A DNA stretch of 64,000 nucleotides from Promethearchaeota archaeon (lineage in GTDB: Archaea > Asgardarchaeota > Lokiarchaeia > Sigyniarchaeales > SOKP01): assembly GCA_048940925.1 (NCBI GenBank), contig JBHLOC010000017.1, positions 1-64,000 on the forward strand. Direction: 5' to 3'. Of this stretch, positions 37,293 to 47,075 are shown one piece after another (the stretch's first letter is position 1; each line of letters opens with the position of its first letter). The position numbers were made by a program, and so were the translations under genes. Under the pieces are notes generated by a model. The model was not told where the DNA came from. It ran no database searches and was given only the letters and a program-made list of their open reading frames with translations.

Positions 37293-38761
37293 TCTTCACT
37301 GGCACCTCTCTTTTCACCTTTTAAAATGAAATCCTTGGTTTTTCTCACCAAAATATAAGTGTCTTCTCCCTTTTTTGTAATTTCTTCATAAGATTTATTT
37401 AATTCCCTTGATAAAATTTCAATAACGCGTGGACGACAGAATCCACCTTGACATCTGCCCATGCCAGGTCTACACCTAAATTTTATGCCGTCTACAGAAT
37501 TAGCTCCAATGGGAGCATGAATCGCATTGATTATCTCTTTTTCCGGTATTGTTTCGCAACGACAAATTATTTTACCCCAAGCTGGATCTTCTTTTATTTT
37601 CTTGTCTAACTCTATTTTTGTAAAATCTTTAAATCTTTCTGGTTTAGGTCGAATTGGATTATAATCCTCCTTGATTTTCAATTCTAATCCCAATAATTCA
37701 AGATAATCAACCACTTTCTCAGCAATTGCAAAAGTTGCTGTAAGACCAGGCGATAAAATTCCAGCGACATTAATAAAACCATAGACATCAGTATTATCTA
37801 TAATAAAATCATAGGTATCTGGAACTGCTCTTAGACCAGCAAAATTCCTTATAGAACTTCTGACAGGAAGATTAGGAACTAATTTTCTCCCTCCTTCTAA
37901 GATTTCTTTTAATCCTGCTGTAGTTGTGGATACATCTTCTAGATCTGTTATGTTCTGAGCATTAGGACCAATGAACGTGTTGCCATGTAAAGTTGGACAT
38001 ACTAAAATCCCTTTAGAAACCTTAGTTGCCATTGGAAATAATATTTTGTTAAGCTGTATTGCATTTCTATCGAATAATATATATTCCCCTTTTCTTGGCA
38101 TTATACTAAAATAATCCAAGCCTAGCATTTTCGATATTTTCGCAGCATAAAGACCTGCAGCATTAATAAGATTGCGTCCTTGGAATTCACCTTTATAGGT
38201 TCGCACGGTGAAGACATAATCTTCATGTTTAATTCTCACAACTTCGTGATTTCTATAGAATTTCACACCATTCATCGCAGCATTATCAGCTAAAGCGAAC
38301 GTCAATTCATAGGGGCTAATAAGTCCAGCGGTTGGAGCATGTAACACACCAACGACTTCATCAGTTAAATTAGGTTCCATTTTTTTTATCTGCTTTTTAT
38401 CAAAAATTAATTCCAGCTCAGGTATCCCATCTTCTGTTCCTTTTTTACGATCTTCCTCCAAAATTTTAATCTGGTCATTTTCAAGTGCAACTACAAAAGA
38501 TCCAATTCGCTTAAAGGGAAAATTTAACTCATTGGCTGCTTGGGTATATAATTTATTTCCTTTAATACATAGATGCCTTTTAATATATTCTCGTGGTGAT
38601 GCATAACCTGCATGCAAAACACCAGAATTTGCTTTGGTTGTTCCAGAAGCCAGTTCTGCCTCTTTTTCTAGCAAACAAACTTTAATATTATACTTTGAAA
38701 GGGTGCGAGCTATACAACATCCTGTTACTCCGCCTCCAATTATTATAACATCGTAAATCAA
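37289..38761 (-). CDS. glpA: FAD-dependent oxidoreductase with BFD-like [2Fe-2S] domain, GlpA-type glycerol-3-phosphate dehydrogenase
   Basis: GGGVTG, TTKANSGVLHAGY, PRKGEY, FAGLRA, SPGLTA; C-terminal ICRCE and MGRCQGGFC. Confidence 0.82.
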   Translation of the reverse strand: MIYDVIIIGGGVTGCCIARTLSKYNIKVCLLEKEAELASGTTKANSGVLHAGYASPREYIKRHLCIKGNKLYTQAANELNFPFKRIGSFVVALENDQIKILEEDRKKGTEDGIPELELIFDKKQIKKMEPNLTDEVVGVLHAPTAGLISPYELTFALADNAAMNGVKFYRNHEVVRIKHEDYVFTVRTYKGEFQGRNLINAAGLYAAKISKMLGLDYFSIMPRKGEYILFDRNAIQLNKILFPMATKVSKGILVCPTLHGNTFIGPNAQNITDLEDVSTTTAGLKEILEGGRKLVPNLPVRSSIRNFAGLRAVPDTYDFIIDNTDVYGFINVAGILSPGLTATFAIAEKVVDYLELLGLELKIKEDYNPIRPKPERFKDFTKIELDKKIKEDPAWGKIICRCETIPEKEIINAIHAPIGANSVDGIKFRCRPGMGRCQGGFCRPRVIEILSRELNKSYEEITKKGEDTYILVRKTKDFILKGEKRGASEE

Positions 38762-38905
38762 CTATTAAGTGACCTTTTAACTTATAAATTTATAATTATT
38801 GTAATAAATATATAAATTCTAATCTTGAAAAATAAAAATATCTTTTATATTATATTAAAAGGAAAATAATGATTTTTTCTCTATGTAAGTGATATCATTA
38901 TTCTC

Positions 38906-39202
38906 TTACAAAAAATAAATCAAAAGAAACCAGATTATATTAAAAATAATAGCAGATATTATCAAGATCTTTGTTATTGGATTGAACATTGCTTTTTTTA
39001 ATGTTCTTGTCATCTTTAATTCATTTTGATTTATAATGAAATCTTTAACTTTACTATAACTAGGATTCAATTCTTTTTTCAAATGTATTGAGCCTAAAAA
39101 CCGAGGATTCGATAAGTTTTGAATTAAGTGATTAAAATAGTTTTCGGGAACAAAATTCTTTCTATTTACTATATCTTTAGATTCATTATCATTCTGTTTC
39201 AT
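38906..39202 (-). CDS. Small hypothetical protein with C-terminal TM
   Basis: 98-aa ORF ending in a hydrophobic helix. Confidence 0.55.
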   Translation of the reverse strand: MKQNDNESKDIVNRKNFVPENYFNHLIQNLSNPRFLGSIHLKKELNPSYSKVKDFIINQNELKMTRTLKKAMFNPITKILIISAIIFNIIWFLLIYFL

Positions 39203-39394
39203 AATAGTTACTTTAAGTGCTAAATTATACTTATTTTATCATGATTAAAAAATCAATTTACTCTTAAATTCTTTATCATTATCAAATGAAAATAGTTTGA
39301 TAATAAAAAAGGACTTCTTTATTTTGAAAACAAAAAAATATAACTTATAATATTTAAAGATATATAGTAATACTTCAAAGAATCTATTTTCAAT

Positions 39395-41137
39395 ATGGCA
39401 ATTATATATAATAAATTATCAACGTCTCTAATTGGAAAATTTAGAGATATAGTTGGAGAGAATTCTTGTTTTGAAAGTTTCACCCATAGATATACCTATT
39501 CATTTGGGGGCACAATTTTTGAAAAAGAATGGATTCCTGATTTGATATTATTGCCCAGTACGGCTGAACAGGTTTCTAGGATTTTAAAATTAGCAAATGA
39601 ACAGCAAATCCCAGTAACTCCTCGAGGAAGCGGAACAAGTTTATCCGGAGGATCTATGACTCCCTATAAGGGTATAGTTTTAGATTTATCTAAAATGAAT
39701 AGGATTGTAAAAATTGATATTGAGAATAATTTAGTTGAAATTGAACCTGGAGTAATATGTGATGATTTAAATGAGGTATTAAAACCCTATGGTTATTTTT
39801 TTCCGCCTGATCCTGGCTCAAGCTCAGTAGCTACTATAGGAGGAATGGTTGCTACAAATGCGGGAGGAATTCAAGCATTTAAGTATGGGGTTACTAAAAA
39901 TTATGTATTATATTTAGAAGTTGTATTGCCTAATGGGGAAATCATAAATTTGGGTACGGGTGTATTGAAATCCGTATCCTCTTATAATTTAAAAGACTTA
40001 TTTATTGGTTCTGAAGGAACTCTTGGAGTAATTACGAATATAGGCTTACGAATTCGACCATTACCAAAAACGAGAAAACTTGGGCTTTTTATTTTCAAAG
40101 ATATTAATAAAATAAAAGATGCCGTATTAGAAATAAGACTTAAGGGTATTGTTCCAAATCTCTTAGAATTTATGGATAAATTAATTTTAAAAGCAGTTTC
40201 AGAGTATTTAGGAGGAGAATTTTTAGATTTTCCAAATGGATATGTGTTATTAGCAGAAGTAGATGGTACTACTAAAAAAGAGGTAGAAGAAAATTTTTCA
40301 AATTTATTTGATGTTATTATTCAAAAAGACCCACTATTCCATAAAATTGCTCAAAATGAAGAGGAGAGAGAAAAGCTAATTCTGGCGAGAAAGGCGAATC
40401 TCCCCGCACTTTCTCGAATAAGACCAAGTACATCGGTAGAAGATTGCACAATTCAAATAACTCATTTTGCAAAGGTTATCAAGCAAATTGAAGAGATTCC
40501 TGAGAAAATAAATGCAAAAAGTTTATTAGTGGCAACAATTTGCCATATGGAAGGCAATTTACATCCTACTTTTTTATTTAATGAAAATGATGAACAGGAT
40601 GTAAAAGATTTTCAAACAGCTATTGATTATTTATATAAAAACATAATAATTCCTGTAGGTGGAAGCCTTACAGGAGAGCATGGGATAGGTAAAATTAAAT
40701 CACCATTTCTTGAACTTGAACATGGTTCTATAGTGGTTGAGTTAATGTCTAAAGTTAAAAAACTTTTTGATCCAAATATGATTTTAAATCCAGGAATTGG
40801 AAAGGGTGATCAACGTTCTTTACCAAAAATAAGCATTTTAAGAAGTTTAAAAAATCGTCCTGATGATATTTTAGAATTAAGATGCATGAGGTGTGGATTT
40901 TGTATTACAACATGTCCTTCAAGAATTTATCATATGATTGAATCCTATAGTCCTAGAGGAAGATTAAGTATTTTAAATGGTTTGGTTCATGGAGATCTAG
41001 AATTAAATGAATTAATAACTGATGTAATACATACATGCACTTCTTGTGCAATTTGTTATACTAAATGCCCTGCGGGTGTTAAAACTCATGAGATTTTTGA
41101 AAAAGCTAGAGAGATCATACACAAAAAATATGAATAA
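39395..41137 (+). CDS. GlcD-type FAD-linked (D-lactate) dehydrogenase fused to a 2x[4Fe-4S] domain
   Basis: PRGSGTSLSGG, FPPDPGS, TIGGMVATNAGG, GSEGTLG, GNLHP, GEHGIG, DPNMILNPG; then CMRCGFCITTCP and CTSCAICYTKCP. Confidence 0.9.
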   Translation: MAIIYNKLSTSLIGKFRDIVGENSCFESFTHRYTYSFGGTIFEKEWIPDLILLPSTAEQVSRILKLANEQQIPVTPRGSGTSLSGGSMTPYKGIVLDLSKMNRIVKIDIENNLVEIEPGVICDDLNEVLKPYGYFFPPDPGSSSVATIGGMVATNAGGIQAFKYGVTKNYVLYLEVVLPNGEIINLGTGVLKSVSSYNLKDLFIGSEGTLGVITNIGLRIRPLPKTRKLGLFIFKDINKIKDAVLEIRLKGIVPNLLEFMDKLILKAVSEYLGGEFLDFPNGYVLLAEVDGTTKKEVEENFSNLFDVIIQKDPLFHKIAQNEEEREKLILARKANLPALSRIRPSTSVEDCTIQITHFAKVIKQIEEIPEKINAKSLLVATICHMEGNLHPTFLFNENDEQDVKDFQTAIDYLYKNIIIPVGGSLTGEHGIGKIKSPFLELEHGSIVVELMSKVKKLFDPNMILNPGIGKGDQRSLPKISILRSLKNRPDDILELRCMRCGFCITTCPSRIYHMIESYSPRGRLSILNGLVHGDLELNELITDVIHTCTSCAICYTKCPAGVKTHEIFEKAREIIHKKYE

Positions 41138-41139
41138 TT

Positions 41140-42420
41140 ATGAAATTTGATTATGGTAAAGAAGGTCTAGAAATACAAATTGATCCAAAATGGAATGTAA
41201 CCATTTTCAAACCATCGAATCAAGTATCTTTTGATAAACCTATTGAAAGAATCAAGGAGTCAATTAATAATCCAATTCATGGGTTAACACTTAAAGATAT
41301 AGTTCAAGAAAAAAGTAATTTGAAAAGTGCTTGCATCGTAGTAAGTGATGCCACTCGACCAGTGCCTTCATATCTAATTCTTGAGGCATTAATTTCAGAA
41401 TTAAACCTTTATGGGGTTAATGATAATCGAATAATAATTCTAATTGCCACAGGATTACATCGTGTTTCTCGTAAAGAGGAGTTAGAGAGAATCATAGGAA
41501 AAAATCTCATAAATAAGGTTAGAGTAATTAATCATGTCGCAATTGATGAAGAATCATTGGTTAACGTTGGTAAAACCTCTGATGGTTCTCCAATTTTGAT
41601 AAATAAGTATTATTATGAAGCAGATTTGAGGATTTTAACAGGTTATGTTGAGCCCCATTTTTTCATGGGATTCTCTGGTGGTTCTAAGTCGATAATTCCA
41701 GGAATTGCTGGAGCTGAAACCATACAAGCTAATCATTCTGCTGAAAATATTGCATCTCCTTATGCTAGATTTGGAATTTTAAAAGAAAATCCATTACATA
41801 GACACTCTATTGAAATTTCAAAAAAGATTAGGGTACATTTCGTTGTTAATGTATGTATTAACGAACAACACGATATAGTTCAGATAGCTAGTGGAAGTCT
41901 TGAGGATGTTCACGAAAAACTTGTTAGATATCAGTTGAAACATATCTTCAGAGAAATTAAAGAACTTTATGATATAGTTATATGTGGAAATGGAGGATAT
42001 CCTTTAGATCTAAATCTATACCAAGCAGTTAAAAGTATGGCTATTGGCGAAATTGCTGTTAAAAGTAATGGAACAATTATTTCTGTAAATGAGTGTGGTG
42101 ATGGTATTGGTATAGGCCAAAACAAGTTTAAAGAATTAATATTTTCTGGAATGCAACCAAAGGAGATCTACAAAAAGATCTTAAATAGGGAGATTATGGC
42201 TCCTGATCAATGGGAAATCCAAATTTTAGCCCGTATTTTGATGAAAGCAGAAATATTTGTCATATCTAAACTAAAAGAAAATGAAATAGGAAATATTGGA
42301 TTGAAATACGCTGAAACTGTTGAGGATGCTATTAAGAGCTGTTTAAAGAAATACGGAAAAAATGCTTCTATATTGGTTTTACCTAATGGGCCACAAATAC
42401 TACCTCTCCTTAAAAAATAA
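41140..42420 (+). CDS. larA: Nickel-pincer-dependent lactate racemase family protein
   Basis: SDATRP, ATGLHR, NH, EPHFFMGFSGGSKSIIPG, GGYPLDLNLYQAVK, PDQW. Confidence 0.93.
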   Translation: MKFDYGKEGLEIQIDPKWNVTIFKPSNQVSFDKPIERIKESINNPIHGLTLKDIVQEKSNLKSACIVVSDATRPVPSYLILEALISELNLYGVNDNRIIILIATGLHRVSRKEELERIIGKNLINKVRVINHVAIDEESLVNVGKTSDGSPILINKYYYEADLRILTGYVEPHFFMGFSGGSKSIIPGIAGAETIQANHSAENIASPYARFGILKENPLHRHSIEISKKIRVHFVVNVCINEQHDIVQIASGSLEDVHEKLVRYQLKHIFREIKELYDIVICGNGGYPLDLNLYQAVKSMAIGEIAVKSNGTIISVNECGDGIGIGQNKFKELIFSGMQPKEIYKKILNREIMAPDQWEIQILARILMKAEIFVISKLKENEIGNIGLKYAETVEDAIKSCLKKYGKNASILVLPNGPQILPLLKK

Positions 42421-42684
42421 GATTATAATAGATTCCCTTATAACTTTTTGAATATATAGGTCAATATACTGATTTTTAGAACCATTTTAAAGTGCTTTAC
42501 TTTATCTATAAAAACTTTATTTTTTTAATAATTTTTTATACTAGAATTTTCATTAATATATTAAGCTTAAGACCTTGATTCAATTAGGAATCAAAAAGTA
42601 TAAGAATATATTAAACTAACAGATTCGCACTCTCAGTATCATTTATATTGTAGGGTTAGTCATTTAGATAAAAATGGTAGTAAA

Positions 42685-44400
42685 ATGAAGAAAGAAAAAG
42701 ATTTTAAAAATTTAAGGAATATTAAGCTTACCAGCTGCTTAACCCTTATCCTAAACACATTTTGTATTATATTCGGTTTATTATATATTCTAAAACCTTC
42801 TAGCTCAGTATTTTGGGATTTTATTGGTGTAATTATTACAATTACATTGTTTGAAAATCTTTTATTTGTGTATTTTAACCTTCATAAATCAAACAAATTA
42901 AGCCCAAAGGTGACTATAGTTAGTTATATATATTTGATTTTTATCATTATTGCTATACTATTTATAATTTTAGGAAATTTACTTCTATCTTCAGTATATT
43001 CAAACATTTTTATTGAAAACTTTGGATCTTATTGTATAATTTATTTCAGTTATTTTGGAATTCTACTATATGGAATTTTTTTTGCAGTATTTAATCTCAA
43101 ACAACTGCTTAAGAATGATTTAGAATTCATAAAAAAATCATACAATAAGAAGATAGGAATATTAAAAGTTAAAATGATATTACATAAAATTTTAGTAATA
43201 CTGTCCAAAATTACTTTTTGCATTGGAATTGTATTTGCTATCGTCAATATTTTTGGTTCATTTGGAGTAATAACTGTCTTTATCGCTATAATCTCTTCTC
43301 AATTTGGTCTTTTTTTTTCTATTATATTTTTAGCTAATACAATTCTACTCTTAAAACTAAAAAAACATAAAAGAACTACAAAAAAATTTTATAGAACTGC
43401 TATTATTGGTATTTTTGTATCTGTGTGGTTATCGATGCCATTATTTCTGTCTAATTCCAGTATATACAATGATGATAAAGTGTTTGCTGACGCTTTTGGC
43501 TCAAACTGGCAAACTAGAATTCCTTCTGAAGCAAACCGATTCTTTTTAAAAACTCCTTTTACACTTACGGGATATTATCTTGGTACTGAGCCTAATAACT
43601 GTAAAATTACTAAAAATATATTATTTTATGATGATGAAGGAATAAGCCTTTATTTTGATGCTTACATGCCGTTGAATAAATGGAAACATCTTCCTGGAGA
43701 AAATTCAACAATAATTAGAATCCATGGAGGTAGTTGGGTTTCAGGTGACAAAGGAATGATGAATATGATGCAGATGAATAAGTATTTTGCAAGTCAAGGA
43801 TATGTGGTATTTGATATTCAATATGGACTTGATAGAAATCCATTATTTGAATTAGATCCGCTAACTCCCGATTATAGTAAAGGGAATTTTAATATAGACG
43901 ATATGATGCGACATATTGGTATATTTACAAATTACATTTTTAATCATACAAATGATTACAACGCTAATTTGAATTCTGTATTTATAAGTGGAGGATCTGC
44001 AGGAGGTCATCTCGCATGTGCTGTAGCGTTAGCTATTTCAAGTGGGAATTATACGCATATATTCAATGAACATTTAAAGGTTAAAGGTTTAATCCCCTTT
44101 TACCCCGCAAATGGTCAAATGGTTTTTTTTGGAATCAATGGATGTGATGAATTTAAGAATCCTGAAAAATTAATTGCAAAAAGTAGCCCACCTTGCCTTA
44201 TCTTTCAAGGCACCCATGATATCCTCAATTATTTCAGTATATCTGAAAATATACAAAATACTTACCTTGCTAAAGGAAATAATAAATGTGCTATTTTATG
44301 GATGCCTTTAGCTGGACATGCCGCTGATGTCTATTTTACTGGCTATTATAATCAAATCTTTTTATATTATATGGAACGTTTCATGTTTCTTTACCATTAA
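42685..44400 (+). CDS. Polytopic membrane protein fused to an alpha/beta-hydrolase (HSL-like esterase/lipase)
   Basis: About seven N-terminal TMs; IHGGSW oxyanion motif, GGSAGGH nucleophile, QGTHD, AGHA. Confidence 0.88.
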   Translation: MKKEKDFKNLRNIKLTSCLTLILNTFCIIFGLLYILKPSSSVFWDFIGVIITITLFENLLFVYFNLHKSNKLSPKVTIVSYIYLIFIIIAILFIILGNLLLSSVYSNIFIENFGSYCIIYFSYFGILLYGIFFAVFNLKQLLKNDLEFIKKSYNKKIGILKVKMILHKILVILSKITFCIGIVFAIVNIFGSFGVITVFIAIISSQFGLFFSIIFLANTILLLKLKKHKRTTKKFYRTAIIGIFVSVWLSMPLFLSNSSIYNDDKVFADAFGSNWQTRIPSEANRFFLKTPFTLTGYYLGTEPNNCKITKNILFYDDEGISLYFDAYMPLNKWKHLPGENSTIIRIHGGSWVSGDKGMMNMMQMNKYFASQGYVVFDIQYGLDRNPLFELDPLTPDYSKGNFNIDDMMRHIGIFTNYIFNHTNDYNANLNSVFISGGSAGGHLACAVALAISSGNYTHIFNEHLKVKGLIPFYPANGQMVFFGINGCDEFKNPEKLIAKSSPPCLIFQGTHDILNYFSISENIQNTYLAKGNNKCAILWMPLAGHAADVYFTGYYNQIFLYYMERFMFLYH

Positions 44401-44519
44401 ATATCTTTTTTTATAAAAATGATTAATGAATATTATTCCATAATTTATGTCATGTTATAAAATATAAATCCCACCAATTTCCCCTAAGTAAGTGTGTACG
44501 GCAACATATAACAAGTGTT

Positions 44520-44545
44520 TATAAAAAAGTTTATATATATATGAT
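44520..44545 (+). promoter_or_regulatory. Probable BRE/TATA promoter of tfb
   Basis: AAAAAAG followed by TTTATATATA at ~44530-44540, about 170 nt upstream of the ATG. Confidence 0.5.
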
Positions 44546-44565
44546 TGACTTCTTTTTCAATATTA

Positions 44566-44659
44566 CAAAAAGATCAAATTTATATTGTATAATATAAAGA
44601 TTTATCAACAAAAAAGATCTCGATATTATTGAAAAAACAATAAATGTGGCAAAAAGATC
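44566..44659 (+). repeat. Three direct repeats CAAAAA(A)GATC upstream of tfb
   Basis: Copies at 44566, 44609 and 44650. Confidence 0.7.
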
Positions 44660-44707
44660 ACTTAACGATCTACACATCATCTAAAAAAATATTTAAAAGT
44701 GAATAAA

Positions 44708-45634
44708 ATGAGCTATAAAGATCGCCTACGATCTACAAAGACTCCAGTTGAGGAAGGGAGTTGTAACTCTGAAAACTGTTGCGATAACCCTTGTATTGAA
44801 TCTAAAGATGGAGATTTGATTTGTATTAATTGTGGCATGACTTACGGAAGAAATCTCGTAGGAAATGAGCGTAGAGCATATACTGTAGAAGAAGTTAATA
44901 AACGAAGGAGAACTGAACCAAGATGGCGCGAATTTGGACCACGTACTATGCTTCCAAATTCTAAAATTGATTCGAAAGGAAGGCTTATTAATGCACGAGG
45001 AAAAACTTTATTTTCACGATTATCTAAGATTCAAAATTCATTAATCTCAAGTATTGAGCGAAATTTCTGGGAAGCAAAACCAAAATTAAAGATGCTTACT
45101 TCTAAGCTTAATACACCTGAATATATAAAAGAAACAGCATGGAAAATCTATAGTGTTGTAGCAAGAAAAAAATTAACTATGGGAAGATCAATAGATGGAT
45201 TTATTGCTGCTTCACTTTATGCAGCTATTAGAGTACATGAATTCCCACGATTACTCGAAGAAGTTTGTGATGCATCAATGACACCAAGAAGGACAGTACA
45301 CCGTTCTTTAGGCATGGTTGTCAAGGAAGTACTCCCAGAGTTAAATTTGAAATATAAACCGATTACGGCAGAACAATTAGTTTTTAGATTCGGTAATGAT
45401 TTAAGCCTACCAATGGAAGTTCAAAAGAAAGCTATTAATATGTTAGCAGAAGCTTCTAAAAATGGATTATTGCGAACAGGTAAAGATCCAAAAGGGTTAG
45501 CAGCAAGTGTTATATATATGGCCGCGAAAGCTGGAAATCATAGGAAGACACAAGCAGAAGTTTCAGAAGTCGCTAAAGTGACAGAAGTGACTCTCAGGAG
45601 TAGATCCAAGCAAATAAAGAGCAAACTTCAGTAA
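44708..45634 (+). CDS. tfb: Transcription initiation factor IIB
   Basis: Zn ribbon (CC...ICINCG), B-reader ERRAY, ERN, GRSID, GKDPKGLAA, TQAEVSEVAKVTEVTLR. Confidence 0.96.
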   Translation: MSYKDRLRSTKTPVEEGSCNSENCCDNPCIESKDGDLICINCGMTYGRNLVGNERRAYTVEEVNKRRRTEPRWREFGPRTMLPNSKIDSKGRLINARGKTLFSRLSKIQNSLISSIERNFWEAKPKLKMLTSKLNTPEYIKETAWKIYSVVARKKLTMGRSIDGFIAASLYAAIRVHEFPRLLEEVCDASMTPRRTVHRSLGMVVKEVLPELNLKYKPITAEQLVFRFGNDLSLPMEVQKKAINMLAEASKNGLLRTGKDPKGLAASVIYMAAKAGNHRKTQAEVSEVAKVTEVTLRSRSKQIKSKLQ

Positions 45635-45841
45635 TACTAAACATATTTGTCCTAAGTTTAGACAATTAGAACACATTTTTTTTATTACTTTTTTTTTTCT
45701 TTACTTATAATCTAAGTTAAAAATGTTTAAATTCAGATTAAGAGTAATTTTCTTCATATCTATTTAATACAACACGATATTGGAAATATTTATATTATTA
45801 CAAATAAAGTATAGAATATTAACTTTTAATGTGGAAAAAGT

Positions 45842-47044
45842 ATGGAAGTATTTGACATATTGATTGGTATTTTAAGTATTATAATCGGGTATTTACTAGG
45901 GACAATATTACCTGCTTATTTTTTTGGAAAAATAAAAGGTATAGATGTAAGAGAAGAGGGTACCCGTAATCCTGGAACTTCTAATGCATTTAAAGTTTTA
46001 GGACTTACATATGCTATTCCTACTGCATTGTATGATACATTAAAGGGTTTATTAGCTATCTTAATTGCTTATTATTTGGGAGCAAACTTTATTTTCATGC
46101 AAATTAGTGGATTAGCAGTAATAGTTGGTCATGTTTTTCCTTTTTATTTGAAATTTCGTGGTGGACAAGGAAACGCAACTGCTACTGGAATATTGCTTTT
46201 TTACCTTGTAAATTATCTTTCAGTTGGGTTTCAATTGATTTATGTAATATTATTTTTATTAATACTTGTAGCGATATTTACGTACATTTCTAAAGCAGGT
46301 AGTTTATTACCAATGATTTTATTTCCATTATTGGGTTTTTCTGTGTTTGTGCTTTATCCTACAAGTGGTTTTAATCTTTTTTTTGTAATAATTCTTATTC
46401 ATATCGCTACTATTGGTATGTATAAAGTAATAACGGAAAAGAAATTAGTAATTACTGATGAGGCTTTTCTAGCTAGCTGGTGGAGGGTAGCCATAAGACC
46501 TGTGTCTCTTTTGTTTCTTATATTTTATTTTATGGATAAACAACTTGGTCTTTTTGTCATTGGTATTGTAAGTTTATGCTTTATTGGCTTAGATCTCTTT
46601 CGATTTATTCATAAACGAACTAATATATTATTAACGGAAAAAACTACAGCAATTTTTAGAAAGGGAGAAGAGAAAAGATTTTCTTCAATGACAATCTTCT
46701 TGATATCTACTTTTTTAATATTACTTTTTTTTGATATTGAAATTGCCATAACTGCATTAATTTTTCTTGTTTTTGGAGATTTGTTTGCTAAAGTATTTGG
46801 ATTAGCATATGGGCGTCATAAAATATTTGAAAAAACTCTTGAGGGTAGTCTTGCTAACATAGGGTCAGTAATTATTTTTGGCTATATACTTTTTTTTACA
46901 TTAGATATTCCATTAATCTTGCTTATTTCTGGAGGAATTGCTGCGGTATTAATTGAGCTCTTACCAATAGGGATAAATGATAATTTCACAATCCCTATTA
47001 TAAGTGGAGCTGTTATGACAGCTGTAAAGATTTTCTTCCTCTAA
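45842..47044 (+). CDS. Fusion of a PlsY-like glycerol-3-phosphate acyltransferase and a CTP-dependent lipid kinase (SEC59/DGK1/VTE5 family)
   Basis: N-half: YLLGT, DVREEGTRNPGTSNAFKVLG, DTLKG, GHVFPFYLKFRGGQG. C-half: FRKGEEKR, FGDLFAKVFG, KTLEGS, IELLP..NDNFTIP. Confidence 0.85.
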   Translation: MEVFDILIGILSIIIGYLLGTILPAYFFGKIKGIDVREEGTRNPGTSNAFKVLGLTYAIPTALYDTLKGLLAILIAYYLGANFIFMQISGLAVIVGHVFPFYLKFRGGQGNATATGILLFYLVNYLSVGFQLIYVILFLLILVAIFTYISKAGSLLPMILFPLLGFSVFVLYPTSGFNLFFVIILIHIATIGMYKVITEKKLVITDEAFLASWWRVAIRPVSLLFLIFYFMDKQLGLFVIGIVSLCFIGLDLFRFIHKRTNILLTEKTTAIFRKGEEKRFSSMTIFLISTFLILLFFDIEIAITALIFLVFGDLFAKVFGLAYGRHKIFEKTLEGSLANIGSVIIFGYILFFTLDIPLILLISGGIAAVLIELLPIGINDNFTIPIISGAVMTAVKIFFL

Positions 47045-47075
47045 ATCCATAGATTATCGATCAAATATTTTTAAT

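Noticed and set aside
30620-41137. Selenocysteine read-through in the Fe-S/Hdr-like genes
   Set aside because: The ORFs appear full length with ordinary Cys motifs; no TGA-split domain was seen.
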